DNA of 64,000 nucleotides. Source: the human T2T-CHM13v2.0 reference genome, Homo sapiens. The notes beneath the pieces are model-generated. The model made no database searches. It was given only the letters and a program-made list of their open reading frames with translations, and was not told where the DNA came from. Within the stretch, counting starts at the first letter, position 1. Each line of letters begins with the position of its first letter. A program made the position numbers and the translations under genes. Positions 40,791 to 55,163 of the stretch are shown here, in pieces. The DNA is taken from the NCBI RefSeq assembly GCF_009914755.1, contig NC_060941.1. One strand, given 5' to 3'.

Positions 40791-43779
40791 GTCAGGCCCT
40801 CTGGGGTCTCTCGCAGGTTGGGCTCCTGGAGCTGACTCTGTCCATCAACAGAACCAGACATCCCACCTCCCCATGCTCTGCCCAGCATGCAGTTCTGGCT
40901 GGTGGAGTGGGAAGCAGTGCCCCCATGATGGCAGAAACGGGGAACAGGAAGGAGGCAGCCCAAAGCCTCATGTCTGCTTGGGGGCAAGGACAGCATTCTC
41001 ACGAACCTGGAACAAACCGGCCCTCCTGAATGTAAGGTCAGGCGCGGCTGTGATGAGGACAACCCAGGTGCCAGCTTCAGCTCGGGCCTGAAAATCCCTC
41101 CCCGTCAGAGCTGACATTTCAGGACAGGCATCTGCCCTCTCCCTTCTCCTCCCCCTTCCTGACTATCATTTCTCAATTCTGATGATGTATCAATAACTGC
41201 AAAGCAAAATGCCACAGTTAGCAGCGCTACCGTACTGTAACTAATCGTTTTCTGAATCAATTCTCAGGGTTGTGTGTGCACAACGAGGTGGGGCTGCATC
41301 TCCAAAGCCTCTGCAGCCTCCAGGAATTAGGCACACCAGGAGAAGTTTCAGGAGACAAAGAAGAGGGCTGGGAAGAAAAAGGGAGCAGGCAGGGGAGAGA
41401 CAAGGAAAACAGCAGATTAAGAAAAAAAAAAAAAAGAGGGCGAAGGGAGATTCTCAACAAGACAGAGAGCCGGTGGCAGCAAGCCATGGCCTGACCCACC
41501 TTTCTAGGGTGCAGCAGAGATGAGGAAGGGGCTGTGGTCTGAGCACTTTTGATGGGATGAGGTGTGGTAGGCAGGAGGCAGGCCACCAGATGCACTGTGA
41601 GGGCAGGAGCATGAGTCTGCCAGGCGCTGTCCTGTGCTCTCGGAATGTCTGAGTGAGGATACTAGGCCAGACCAGACCAGGGTCCCCAAGGTGGGGGCAG
41701 GTGGTGGGGCTGGCTGTCAGGTGACAGGTGCCTTCCTGGGAAGGGGACACAGGGGAGAGGGCAGACTGCTGTACACCCACCTGTTCCAAGCAGTAAGAAA
41801 GACTCAGGCCCAGGAAACCCTCCAGCTCCTTCATGCACATAAAAAGACCTCAGGGGTCTCTGGAGTTCATGCACTTAAGATTTTATTGGCTTAATAAACT
41901 GTGCTGCTGCTGCCCGCAGGTCTTCCTTGGCCTGAGCACATGTGAGGATGGAGGGGCAGCTCTCTGTAGCTGCTGTAATCTCCTCGAGGGGGAGAGAGCT
42001 GGCAGGAGTGGGAGAGAAAGGACAGGCAGCTTAGACAGGGCTGCAGGGCCACAGTGGGACCGAGGGAAGCCCTTTCTGCAGTATAACTCATTAACCCTTC
42101 CAGTGACCCTAGGAGGAAGCTGAGATGTAGGATGCTGGGAGAGTCTACTCCAAGGCATACAGCCTGCATGCTGGCAGAGCTGGGACCCAAACCCAGGGCA
42201 TCTGGCTCAAGAGCTCAGCGCGGCACCTCTACATTGCTCTTGCTCTCACTAAGGTCAGCCAGCTGCAGACTCAGTTTCCCCATCTGTAATGTGAACTCTT
42301 TAATAGCTGCCCCCCTTGCTTCTGGCACCTTCCAGGCTCTTGCATACCCCACTGGGGTGGGAATTATCAAAGGGGTAGGGCAGGCAGGGCTGGGGGAGGC
42401 TCGACCTGGCTCCAGGGGCTTTCTTAGTGAAGTGCCAAAGATGGGATGGATGTCCTCACAAACGTCCAGAGCACGGACCTCCCAGTGAAGCACAGTGAAT
42501 ATAGCAGCCTGGGTCCATGCCTCACTTCTTCACTCACTCATTCATGTACTCATTCATTTAGTCAAGCTGTGCTGGGCCTGTTTACCTGTTTCCACCCTGA
42601 GGTCTCACCCCAGACCCCCCTGCAGGTCCCAGGCCCAACCATCCAGGGCTCTGGTCAGTGTAGGGGAGCAGCCACAGAACCCCTACAATCCTGACGAGAG
42701 TCCAGTAACACACTCAGGGGAGCAAGGGAGAGATGGGCGGGGCGGGACCTCATCTTTTCTTCCTGGAGATAAAGTGAGGCCAGGCCAGGCCTGTGCTCCG
42801 TCATGGGTACCCCTTGCTCAGAGCCTCCCCTTCCCACCCCCAGATCCTTGGGGGCTGTGGCTTCAGCCCCGACCTCCCAGCAAGGCTCCTGGGGCAGCAG
42901 CATCTCTGCCTCGGGGTGGGGGGCCGCTTGCTCCCAAGTTTCAGAGCCCAGGTCTTGAGCCCACCACAACCCCCACAAGACAAGAGGCTCCCCTGCTTGT
43001 CCTCCCACCTCCAGGAGCTACTGTGGGGCTGCACCAAATACCTTCAGCCTCTGAAAAGAGGGAGGCTGTTCATCCTCACTTGCATGTCCGGCTCTTGCCC
43101 GCAACTGCTGGGAGGGTCCTGCAAACTGGCCTGGGGGCTCAGGTAGCCAGGTGGCCTCAGAGGGCAGCGAGTGGTCACAGCCCCCACATGGTGTTTCAGT
43201 CACAGGCTCATGATCATTCATGGAGGGGGCTACAGACAATGGGGTCTAACAAGAAAGCCCAAAAGTTTCTGAATGGGTCACTCTTGTTGTTTTTTTACTA
43301 AAAGGGCTTTACGTTTTGCTCTAAATCTTTCTGAGGTGCAGGCTGCTTTCCCGAGTGACAAAGTAGGAGCTGGGGTAACCATGGCTCCCTGGGAGTGTGC
43401 AGGACCCCCAAACCTGCTGAGAAGCAGAGGAGAGAGGCATGGCAGTCAGGCAGCTCCAACAAACACAACACACCAGAGCTGGGCTCTCTCGTGGGCACAG
43501 TGAGAACGATCGGCCTCAGCATCAGTGATGCTGGGAGGAGACTGAGATCGCATACGGAGCTGGTGGGATAGGCAGGTGCAGATGGCCTCGCAGGACCTGG
43601 ACAAGATCGGCCACTCACAGCCAGGTCCACGCCTGAGACAGGAGACAGCCACCAAGACTCTCACTCGGCATTCTCTGAAATAGCTGCACTTTGCAAACCA
43701 CTGGGAGTTTCATGAATGAAAGAGTGGACAAAGAAAATGGGGCAGGTTTCTAAGTCAGATTCTCCACAGTAGATAAAAG

Positions 43780-44150
43780 GAACGTATCAGAAACACACCA
43801 GAGCTGCAGAAACCATGTTCAGTCAAAGAGGTGAGTTGCAGGAAGAGGCCATGCATGTGCATTTGAAGAAGACATAAAACAGTGTGAGCTCTGGTCCACG
43901 CTTACATGTGTGTATAAATGTTTTTCTCAAGGGACAGAAATAATAGATGCCAAATCGATGCTCAGAGCGGCCTCTGGGTGTAGGGGAGGGGAACGGGGCT
44001 GGGTGTGCTGGAGGGGACTTGGACTTTGTGATCCTTCCTTTTTTCTTTTTTTTAAGACTAATGCAAGAGAACAAACTGTTAGTTATTGTTAATTGCAGGT
44101 AGAGGAGGATAGATATTTATCTTTTACCTTAATTATAAAAATTCTCCAAA
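43780..44150 (+). mobile_element. Very old L1 (L1ME-class) 3' fragment
   Basis: Degenerate resemblance only: aaccatgttcagtcaaagaggtgagttgcagga...cagagcggcctctggg...aaactgttagttattgttaat. Confidence 0.45.
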
Positions 44151-45834
44151 AATTTTTTGAGACGAGCATGGTTAGATTGATGGCCCGCTGCAGGAGTGAG
44201 AGATCCTGATTATACATGCGTGACACAAAGCTGGTGTCAAAGCACAGTGTTTTCTATGATTAGTGGCTCTGTAGAATCTCATCGGCTGGTGGCCTGACGA
44301 CCAAGTAAATGGATGACGTACACGATGGAGTGATTCCGGAGGGAGCCACTTCCCAAGAGGAAGTAAAACCATTTCATCCCTAGTGATGGCCTCCAGACTC
44401 TAGACCATCCATGTCCCCAGGAGGTAGGCTCCCCTGCATCCTTCTCTCTGGGGACCCAGACCCTGGTCTTCTGAGCAAAGCATTCTCCATACCGAGAAGG
44501 AGGCCAGAAAGTGCTGGATGCAGAGGCGGCTTTTCCCTCTTCTCACACCACCATCTGCAGGCCGACAAGGAAGTCAGAGGGGACGTGAAAAGAGCCACCT
44601 CTCCCATCCCCCGACAGATGGGACCCGCAGGGGTAGGGGAAGAGCGGTGTCTCCCAGGCCGCGCCTTCACACTTGCTGGCCACTGCGGCCAGACAGATGT
44701 GCACCCTGGTCCTTGCTTTGATCTCACACGGTTACACTTTCAGTGTTACAAGCTCATAAAAGCCACATGATCAAATTCCAGGTCATTACTCAAGGAAAGG
44801 GACCCCTCTGTGGTCGACAGCGACAGTTTCAAACCAATTAAAATAAGCCTGGCGTTTCTGCGGGCTGCCGCCCGTGCCGCCACCCTGGGGGTCTCTGAGG
44901 GCCTTGCTTGCAATGAGCAAGATGCAGGAAATGTTAATGGAGACGCTTAAATGGCGCGCCGAGGGGATTCTGGTAAATAAGGCCACGCGGAAGGGGCTGG
45001 GGAGAGGCCTCCCGAGCTAACCCGGGAGGAAACTTCAATAAACACGAGATTGGATTGGAAACAATTCACTCCGCAAGGGGTGGGTCCGCCAGCAGCTCTG
45101 GGAGGGGTCTTTGGGGGAGGAAAGCTATTTCATTCCCTATTAGTTCCCCTTTGCAAGTATCTGTGCCCCCTGCTGCTGGCACTGGAATCTGCCAAGGCTC
45201 GACAGCACCCACTGAGCAGGCTGGGAGCACCAGGGTATAATTTGCCAAGTAAAAATTGGAGAGGGCGGGAGAGGCTGCGCGGAAGAGGAGAAGGGGTGGC
45301 TGGTGATGGTGGAGGGTGGAGGGGCTGGGGCTGAGGACGAGGCCATGCAGTGGCTTTGTGACTGTCTGGCAGGTGCTCTGAACTCTGCAGGATCCTGTTT
45401 CGGGAAGATCGAACGTCACCCATGAAACAAACAGAGAAGTTTCCAGAGAACACCATCCCAAGCCCAGGCCAGCATGTAGATGGGGCCAGGCCAGCAGGCT
45501 GTGGTCGGTGCTGTCCAGCTCAGTACAGACTCAGGGCCCACCTGAGTTGTGGGCAGCCCTCCTTGGGCAGGGGCGATGGCTCCCACCTCTGCTCCCAGCC
45601 AGGGACTGTTACTCAGGATGTGGGCAGCTCGTCGCTCTGCTCAATGCAATGGAAGGAGCTCCAAACGTGAGAAAGGGAAGGGAGGTCTTGAGCAAAATGA
45701 GGAGCCTGGGCCACACAGCCTGTGTCCTTCCTCCCAGAGCCCCTCCCCACAAGGCCACCACGGCCCCAGACCCCTGCACATCTGCTTTTGTGGGCCTAAT
45801 CTTACAGCCGAAATAGCAAACCTCATTCCAGTGA

Positions 45835-46028
45835 CAGTTTCCACATTTAGGAAATAAAACCCCTGGATATGCAGTTAAATTAGAAATTTCAGATAACAGA
45901 TAATGTTTTCATTGTTTTAGTATAAGTTCATACCGTGCAATATTTGGGAAGTACTTATATTAATTTTTCATTGCTTATCTGATATTCACATTTAACCAGT
46001 CACCCTGTGTTTTTATTTGGCAGCCCTA
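45835..46028. mobile_element. MER53 palindromic DNA transposon (MITE)
   Basis: cagttaaattagaaatttcagataa...ttagtataagt...tgcaatatttgggaagtacttata...ttatctgatattcacatttaac...tggcagcccta; internal inverted symmetry. Confidence 0.88.
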
Positions 46029-47670
46029 GCTTCCAACTGCCTGATTACCCAGGCTAAACACACACAGGTGCACATATGCCTGCACACAAGATATGCACAC
46101 TCACCCGCAAATGTGCATGTGCACGCACACACACAGATGTGCACGGACACGTGCACATACACATCCTTCAAAGAAAGGAGCTGACCCTCCATGAAGACCG
46201 ACAAGGAGCTGGCATTTCCCATATGCTCCCTCATGGAACACTCCTCCCATCTCCCCCACGGCCACCCCCCTCATTCAGACAAAGAGGTGCAGGCTCCAAT
46301 TGCCACTTTCTCAAGGCCACACAGTCAGCATATGGCCCGGCTGAAATTGCAGACCCAGTTCATTCGTATTCCAAAGTCTGCACTCTTTCCACCAAACCAG
46401 ACCCAATACATCAAATTTTAGATGTTTCTTTTCAAACAGAACGGCCATAAGGAAGTTGCTATTGATTCTGCAGTCAGGCCAATGGCCTTGGCTCAGACCC
46501 ACACGGACCTCAGAACAAAGACGCAGATTTGAGCTGGTGAAGCCCCCACGGGTTCAGCCTCACCAGGGTTCACCTGTGGGGCTCAGGGTGAGCACATCTG
46601 GCTTCCACACAGAGGCTGGTGGTTTGGGTCCACCCTGGAGGGTTCTGCTGGCAATTGAGTCCTGAGCAGGCACTGGCAGCAGCACCGATGCCCGTGGCAG
46701 GGCCTTCTAGTGAAGGGGATGTTTCTCCCCTGGACGTGGTCTCAAACTCAAAGGGGACAAACACAGACTTGAAATTGTCTGCAAATTGGCAAGGAATCCC
46801 TAAACTCTAGCTTCCACTAATTAACTAGCTGCTTTCCAGGTAACTAGTAGGTACTTTAGGCACTTGTTATGTAAGAATCACAATCTTAAAAAAAAAAAAG
46901 TTGCAATCTTCGATGAGGCCATGGTGAACCTAAGGGTGCCACCTTGTCTACCTGGGCCATCACTCGGCAGGCAAAGAGATTCGATCTGGCTGGCAAATCT
47001 TGTTCTTTATGTGAGCAGGACAATTCTCAAGTAACATGCTAACTTCCCTATCTTGAGTTGTCGGTTTCATGATTATTTTTCTAGGAATGGAAGTTAAGCT
47101 TGCCGCTTCATCATTTCTAGAAATGTCTTTACCCCCTTTAAAAAAACTGTCTGTGGATTGGGAAAAACCTCCAGCCCCTTGTTACTCAGGCCTCATCTCC
47201 TAAACTGCCTGGCTGCTGCTGACAAAGTTGCTGAGTAGACAGAGCTTACAACTGGGGAGGTGTCAGCCGGAGCCCTTGCCATGGTGATGGCTGATTCCTA
47301 TCATGAGTGGAACAGGAGCATTTTGGGCCTGAAGATCTGGATGCTCCGGGTGGTGTTTGCTCAGCCAGCAGCCAAGAAGTCCAGCAAGGAGGGAAGAGGA
47401 GAAGGAGGTCTGTGTGCTTCACCCAAAACTCCAGCACGGAGGATGCTGCTGAGCCAAAACCCAGGAGATGAAACTGCTGGGGGCAGAGGAGCTGGGGAGG
47501 TCTGGGAAATACAAACAGCAGCAAATCTCCCCACTTTATCTTCATAGCCACCACCCCTTACACCATATGGCTCCCCCTCTCAGCAATGCAGTTGAGCAAC
47601 GGTCTCAGCCATACCATAGTGGTGAGGGTTTCATGATTTGCCTAATGAGAGGTCTTACTGGCAAATTTCA

Positions 47671-48168
<498 letters not shown>

Positions 48169-48631
48169 GAAATTTGACTGTGGAAGGAGGGAAGACATGA
48201 GGGTGGGCGGAGGGAAAGGAAGCCAGCACCGGATGTGGCTTTCCCGGAGGCAGCCCACTGGAAAAGCGGATTTCATTATAGTCAGGTGGTTGTTTTTTAG
48301 GTCACCTACTTCCCAGACGGTTTTTCCTGCTTTTCTTTCCTGTTACAAAGTTTTGACATATTGGAGCCGGGAAGGAAGAAAAGTCGCACTGTATCACCAA
48401 GAAGTAGGGGACCCAGGGGCTCAGTGATCCACAGCAGAAAGGAAGAGGCGAGGAAGGTAGGAGATGCAGAGAAAGGAAAGAGGCAGAACGGGGGCTCCTG
48501 CAAGTGCGGAGATGAAGCCCTGTCCCAGGAGGTCCCACTTGGGCTGCCGGAGTGGTGATGACCCAGGGCTCGGCCTACTTTCAGCCTGAGAATCCTGAGA
48601 GAACCCCCTCCAAGAGCAGCCTGGGCAGATT

Positions 48632-49370
48632 GGTCTTGTCTGGGCTGCTGGTCTTGTCTGGGCTGCTGGGCTATGTCTGGGCTGCTGGTCTTGTATGGGC
48701 TGCTGGGCCAGCTGTTCTTATCCTGGCTGCTGGTCTTGTCCGGGCTGCTGGTCTTGTCTGGGCTGCTGGTCTTGTCTGGGCTGCTGGGCTATGTCTGGGC
48801 TGCTGGGCTATATCTGGGCTGCTGGTCTTGTATGGGCTGCTGGGCCAGCTGTTCTTATCCTGGCTGCTGGTCTTGTCCGGGCTGCTGGTCTTGTCTGGGC
48901 TGCTGGTCTTGTCTGGGCTGCTGGGCTATGTCTGGGCTGCTGGGCTATATCTGGGCTGCTGGTCTTGTATGGGCTGCTGGGCCAGCTGTTCTTGTCCAGG
49001 CTGCTGGTCTTGTCTGGGCTGCTGGTCCTGTCTGGGCTGCTGGTCTATGTCTGGGCTGTTGGTCCTGTCTGGGCTGTTGGTCTTGTCCAGGCTGCTGGTC
49101 TTGTCCGGGCTGCTAGTCTTGCCTGGGCTGCTGGTCCTGTCTGGGCTGCTGGTCCTTTCTGGGCTGCTGGTCTATGTCTGGGCTGCTGGTCTATGTCTGG
49201 GCTGTTGGTCTTGTCCAGGCTGCTGGTCTTGTCCGGGCTGCTGGTCTTGCCTGGGCTGCTGGTCCTGTCTGGGCTGCTGGTCCTTTCTGGGCTGCTGGTC
49301 TATGTCTGGGCTGTTGGTCTAGTCCAGGCTGCTGGTCTTCTCTGGGCTGCTGGTCTTCTCTGGGCCAGCT
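48632..49370. repeat. 18/19-bp minisatellite (GGTCTTGTCTGGGCTGCT), 39 units with higher-order blocks
   Basis: Parsed by eye into 18-, 19- and 27-bp variants; 48705-48841 equals 48842-48978 (137 bp); a second block with 128-bp offset starts at 49079 and 49207. Confidence 0.97.
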
Positions 49371-50860
49371 TATCTTCTTTGGTGGCATGTGGGAGGCTTG
49401 AGTGGCTGGTGTCTCCTGAGACTAGAGACCTTTCCAGAAGGCTGTGGTGGACTTGCTTCCTGACCACTGCTGGTGTGTCTCCTGGAGGGAGTGACTGGAA
49501 TTCACTCCTGCATGGAGCCGCTCTTGGTGCTGACCCTGATCCCAAGCCACCAGAGGGACCTCCCAGGACCAGAGGGGCATTGCTGGCAGTCCAGACCCCT
49601 ACCAGTGCCGGCAGCCTCTGCCAGAGACAGATCTGAACACCTTGGCCATGCAGCAGGATCCCACGTCGTGCCACTTGGGGCACAGACTGGAGAATGCCCA
49701 TCTGGTCATTTCCTGCCTTCAGGCAGTAGCCCTCATTAACAGCTTTTGGTTCTGTGAGGATCAGTGCTATTTTAAACACTTCCCAGCAGGGAAATCCGTA
49801 TACCTGCCCTCCCTTGGCAAACCCTGCCCATATCTAACCAGCTCTACTGCCAGAATGAGTTCTTCCTCCCATCCCTCCAAAATCCTTTGCAACGAAACCA
49901 CGAGTCTGTCCCCACATTCTGTTTGGAGAGTGGCTGCTCACCACCCTCTGGGCGTTGCCAATAGAGCCCTCAACTAAAACCAGGCACCTCAACGCAGGAG
50001 CCCTGCCCGCCTGCTCTCGGTGTGAGTCTGTCTTCCCCCTAAAACCTTGGAGCAGAACTGCCACTGTTTGCAGCAAAAACAACTTTGAGGGGCTGTTCTA
50101 GGTCTCAGAATCAGAGTCCGTCTGTCACCATCGCTAACAGGTAGGGGGAAAACAGATTCTTCAGCCTCCTGAGAAGCCACCTTCCCTGCACATTCAGAGT
50201 CCGGCACATTCTGCCAAAAGCTCCCGTCACAGCAACACTGGATCCTAAATGTAACTGGTGGTTCCACCTGGAGCCATTCACAGAGGCCCAAGGGTCCCAA
50301 CAGAGCAGATCCTAGAGGCCCCCGTGCCACTGCCAATATCCATGTGCCACGAGGCAGCTCAGTGATTGGATTGGTGGCCTTTATGTTGCAGATTGAGATG
50401 GTCTAAAGCACAGGTCAGATGAGAACTGCAATGGGCTCAAAGACCATGCAGGAGCCCAGGGCATAGGGACACCACAGTCTTCTATGGGCTCATTTCCCTT
50501 CTACAACGTACAGTGATGCTGCGGTCTCTACCTCATGTCTTCCCTGTGTCTGCACCAACTTCTTAGTGTCAGGGAAAGAAAAAGAACAGAAAATCAGGAC
50601 ACTCTTGCAATGGCAGCAGGACGTAGAGAGGCTATGGCAGCCAGGTCCCTGAGCTAAACGTTCAGCTAGACCCCTCCAGGTCCGGCCCCAACACGCCCAC
50701 TCCTAACTGGAGCCGAGACACAGAAGCCCTTCTGAGCATGACACAGAAACACAGACATCTAATTTTCCCATGGAGCGCAGGTGAGAAAGTTCTCATCCAA
50801 ACGGTGGTGATGTGGGAGCTCTACCATCGCCAGTGTCCTAGCAGACAAGAGAGATGTTAG

Positions 50861-51272
<412 letters not shown>

Positions 51273-52369
51273 AGGAATCTGGATTCTAATGCAGGAGCAG
51301 AAACTGATCTTTGAACTACTCTCAATGTTACCTGCACACCAACAATTATGAAATAAATATAAAAAGTGACACAGAGAAACGTCAGGGCCAGGAAAAAAGA
51401 GATGGGTGTGATGAGGAGGGGCAAGAGGACTTGCAGGTGAGGGTGGGTTTTGAGCTGTGATTCATAAACAGTAAAAAATACAGGGGGGTGGGTGGCAGGG
51501 AGAAGAGGGGCACCTCAGGAAAGAAGGGAGAGAGAGAGGAAGAGCAAGAAGCTGCTCTGTGGAGCAACCTGGTGTTCAGCGGAGGCTGGGGCTACGCACT
51601 CCGAACTGGAATGCTGATGGGCTGGGGGAGAGTTCCAAGTCATTAAGTGAGATGGCACAGGTGGGGTGCCCAGGCAAGCTTCCAAGCACAGAGCTTGGCA
51701 CCAAGCACGCCCTGAGTAGAATTTAGCTCTCTTCCTCTCCCTTCTCCATGCCAAGTGTAACAGATTGGGCTAGTAGATTGCAGAGCTGAGGACCTGGCTG
51801 GAGAAGCTCGCTTTCACAGGGAAGATGGAACATGTGTCACGCAGCATCCAAAGGCAATGGTGGCCAAGCACGACCCCGAAGGGAGGGGGTACAGAGGAGA
51901 CACAGCTGGGTCCCCAGCCGCTGAGACAGGGACTCCTAGGCAGGGGTTGAGGACGGACCAAGCAGCTTCTAGGGGTCTGGGAAGCCCCCTCTGGGCCTGT
52001 GTGTTCATATATGCATGCCCCAGAGGGAGGATACCAGGCTTGTTTTGGGTTCTCAAGGGGGGCCTGGGATGTTCAGTGAGCTGACCGGCAGCACTGGAGC
52101 TCCCCAAGTCCCTTGCCCAGAAGTTGCCTTCCCAGCTGTCTACACAGCCGACTGTCTACACAGCTCAATTGCAAAGCACCCAGACAAGCGTATTGGATTG
52201 CTGGCACTGCATGTGGCCAGCTGGCCCTGAGCTCACTTGTCACAAGCATTAGTTTGCAAGTAAGAAGTACGTGGGGGCATTGTGCTGGGGGACATGAAGG
52301 CTGGGAACCAAGCAGGCCTGGTTTAGACAGATTTCTCAAAGCCTTCATTAGGAGGGGGCTCCTGCAAAG

Positions 52370-52490
52370 CTTTCAGCTTTTCTAAGCCTCATTGTCTTAG
52401 GTGTCAAAGGAAGATTATTGATATTCTGATCCCACTGTCACTGGGATTGGAAATGATGCTGGTGAAAGACACAGCACTGGCATGCAACAG
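52370..52490 (+). mobile_element. MIR SINE fragment
   Basis: ttctaagcctcattgtcttaggtgtcaaagg...cacagcactggcatgcaacaggagc. Confidence 0.5.
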
Positions 52491-55163
52491 GAGCAGATTT
52501 GCTATTGTTTTCCACAATATCAAGAAAAACATTGAGCTAGGGCATCTCAAGAAAGCTCCCTGGGTCTGGAGAGTTTATTTCCAGGAGCCACTTACTCTTT
52601 CAGTGTTTGTGCTGAGCCATTGCTGTGGCAGAGGTGTGGGATGGATGCTCTCCCAAGTTCATAACCATCCCAGGGCAGTTTTCCTGGAGATGGAGACACG
52701 AGAGATGGTTGCGAGAGGTCCACTGTTTTGTGAAGTGAGTTTTTAAGCCCCACCTTGCCACCCTGGGTGATGATAACGGTAGCACGTTTTGCAGCCAGGA
52801 GAAGGGCTGTAATGGCAGCTGAGGCCACCAACAGATGCAGAGTACTCAGTGACTCCACCTGCCCACCCAGCTGGACCTCCTCCCCAAGCCTCCCTGCAGT
52901 GGGGGCTCGGTCCTGACCTTTGTCCTGTTTGATGCTGCCAGGATTACTGAAGAAGTAATGTCCTGCTCAGCTCTCTTCTGCCTTGGCCAGAGATGGCTGC
53001 GTGCCGAGAGCTGGCGAGAGAGGCATGTTCTGCCCGTGGCCGGTGGTGTGTGGAGCAATGCACCAATGCGAGCCCGCAGTGAGGGTTTATTACCATGCAG
53101 ATCCAAGTTGGCGAATGGAGACCAATTGTTTGGGCAGATTGCTTACTGTCTAGCTAGAGAGGCATGATGAGAACTCAGGATCTTGCATTTCCAGGCTATT
53201 TTGCAAATCTTCAGGTGCCCATTTCTAGGAGGAACAGCATCACTCAAGTGCTTCTGTGGTGTTGGGTGCAGCAGGTGGGAGATGGGAAGCCCGCTTCCTC
53301 TTGTTGAGCCCTTTACAGGGGTCATTACTGTTCCTGGGAGCTTGCCAGAGCCACACAGCTCACCTTAGCTCTGCATCCTTCAGTGGGTCAGGCCTGGGGA
53401 CTGCCACCCTCTCAGGGCCTCCCTGCAATAGGAAAGGGCTGAGGGATGAGAAGGGAGTCACTTGCCAGCCTGCAAGCATCTGGGAAGGAACTGGCTTTGG
53501 GGGCTTGGGTCACTGTCACAGCCAGGAGGAGCAGCAGCACTTTCCCTCTGCTTCCAGAGCAATCTGCCATGGCCCAGTGGCAGCCTCAAAGCTGGCTGAC
53601 ATCTGGCAAATGAGCGTGGGATGCAGCTTGAGCTTCCAGAGTGTACACGCTCCCTTCTGGGCAGACCCCAGGGGCTCAGGAAGCCTCCGAAGCAAACTCT
53701 GTTTTCAAGGGCTAGTGAGGAGTCACAGTTGGCACACAGCCCTCCCATTGGCAGTGCCCCTTCTTCGATGGAGGGCAGGTAGCTTATCCTCACATCCTGG
53801 CAGTAGCCCCTCTGGTGGGCAGACAAGCAGGTGACGTGGGCAAAGCATTTATGAAGATGAATCTGCAGGTGGCCCCCAGCTCTGCTCCTCAGAAAGCCTC
53901 CCGGCCCCATTTGGAGTTCAGAGGACCTGGCTCCTGGGTGGAGGGAAGGGAGACCCTTGGAGTGGGGAGCCTGGATAGGGGAGAGCAGGCAGCCTTCCTG
54001 CTGCAGCACGGCCACAAGCCAACACCTGGCCGAGCAACCTGCACCCGTGGGAGGCAGACGCTCATTCATCACCCTTGAAGCTCAGCCCTTGCTTCCTCAG
54101 CCTCTGGGCAGGCAGAGAAGCAGGAAGAGGGCTGAAGAGCCATGAAATATTGCCCACAGTCCAAGGTGGGGTCACCATCCCAAGGACTATCCTCTGCCTG
54201 GGATTTTCTTTAGGCTTGTGTGCAAAGACAGGAGTGTATCAAAGCAGGAGGGTGTCTAGGAACTGCAGAAGTTTAGCGCACTCAGCGTTGGGCATACCCA
54301 GCCTTGATGACTCTCTAGAAAATGTCCAAGCCCTTCAAAAATGTTGAGGCCTGAGCCAATTTTCCCCCAACCCTGGGCAACACCACCCCTGTGCCCATTC
54401 CTGCTATGTGCTGGGCCCTGCATCAGGGAGAAGCAGACGGAGGAAACTGAGCCAAAGGACAAATGGTGGCAGGGAGCTGCCCCCTTTGCATCCCCAGCCC
54501 CCTGGGTGGGCTCATCCCAGGAGATTCCACAGGTGGGTGAGGGCAGCCTGTGGGGTGCGGCCTTCCCTGGAGATGAGGAGTTTATAGCTCCCTGGGCTCA
54601 AATGTGGTGGGAAATTTGAGGACTTGGGTCATCTCATTGAAAGAAAGAGCTATGGCATCAGAGGGACTAATTTGAGGAGCCCGGCAGCACTGTGGGGAAA
54701 TCTACTTATCCCTAAATGTCAACTACCCAGTTAGTTACATTTTCCCAACCAAACGGCCCCATTGACCTCAATCCTCCATGTGGGAGACCCGATAGAGACT
54801 TGTCCTTGGAATGGAGGGAAAAGGAGGCCAAGGGAGAATGTCTTTAAAAGGTCACTCAAAGCCACCTCTTCTTAGGACATTACCACCTCCTCACCCTGAA
54901 AAAATAATCAATCAATAAAAAACAAAAAGCACAACCAAAATGTAAGTACAGCTGCAGTGGCTCCTCCCTCTCTCCCCTTCCCTACCTCCCCCTCCGTTGC
55001 CTCCCTGCTTTGAGCTCCAACCTCTTGGATATTTATCGTTCGCTCCCTCCTAAATCATTCCTGACGGCTGGACTGCTCACACTCCATTACAGGGCGAGGC
55101 TGTGCGGAGTCGCAGTTCCGTTTAGCTTGCAGAAAAAGGAGCCTCCTAGGAAAAACCCACCCG

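Noticed and set aside
42495-43301. 268-aa + strand ORF in unique GC-rich sequence (also 17062-17670 and 53458-54072)
   Set aside because: Starts at a non-ATG codon, has the P/G/A/S composition of random GC-rich DNA, shows no domain, and is overlapped by similar ORFs in other frames.
48552-49636. Longest ORFs (256 aa, 313 aa; LLVLSG / WAAGLV / GCWSC repeats)
   Set aside because: They lie on the nearly A-free minisatellite, which cannot easily form stop codons; long ORFs occur in all three + frames and resemble no protein I know.
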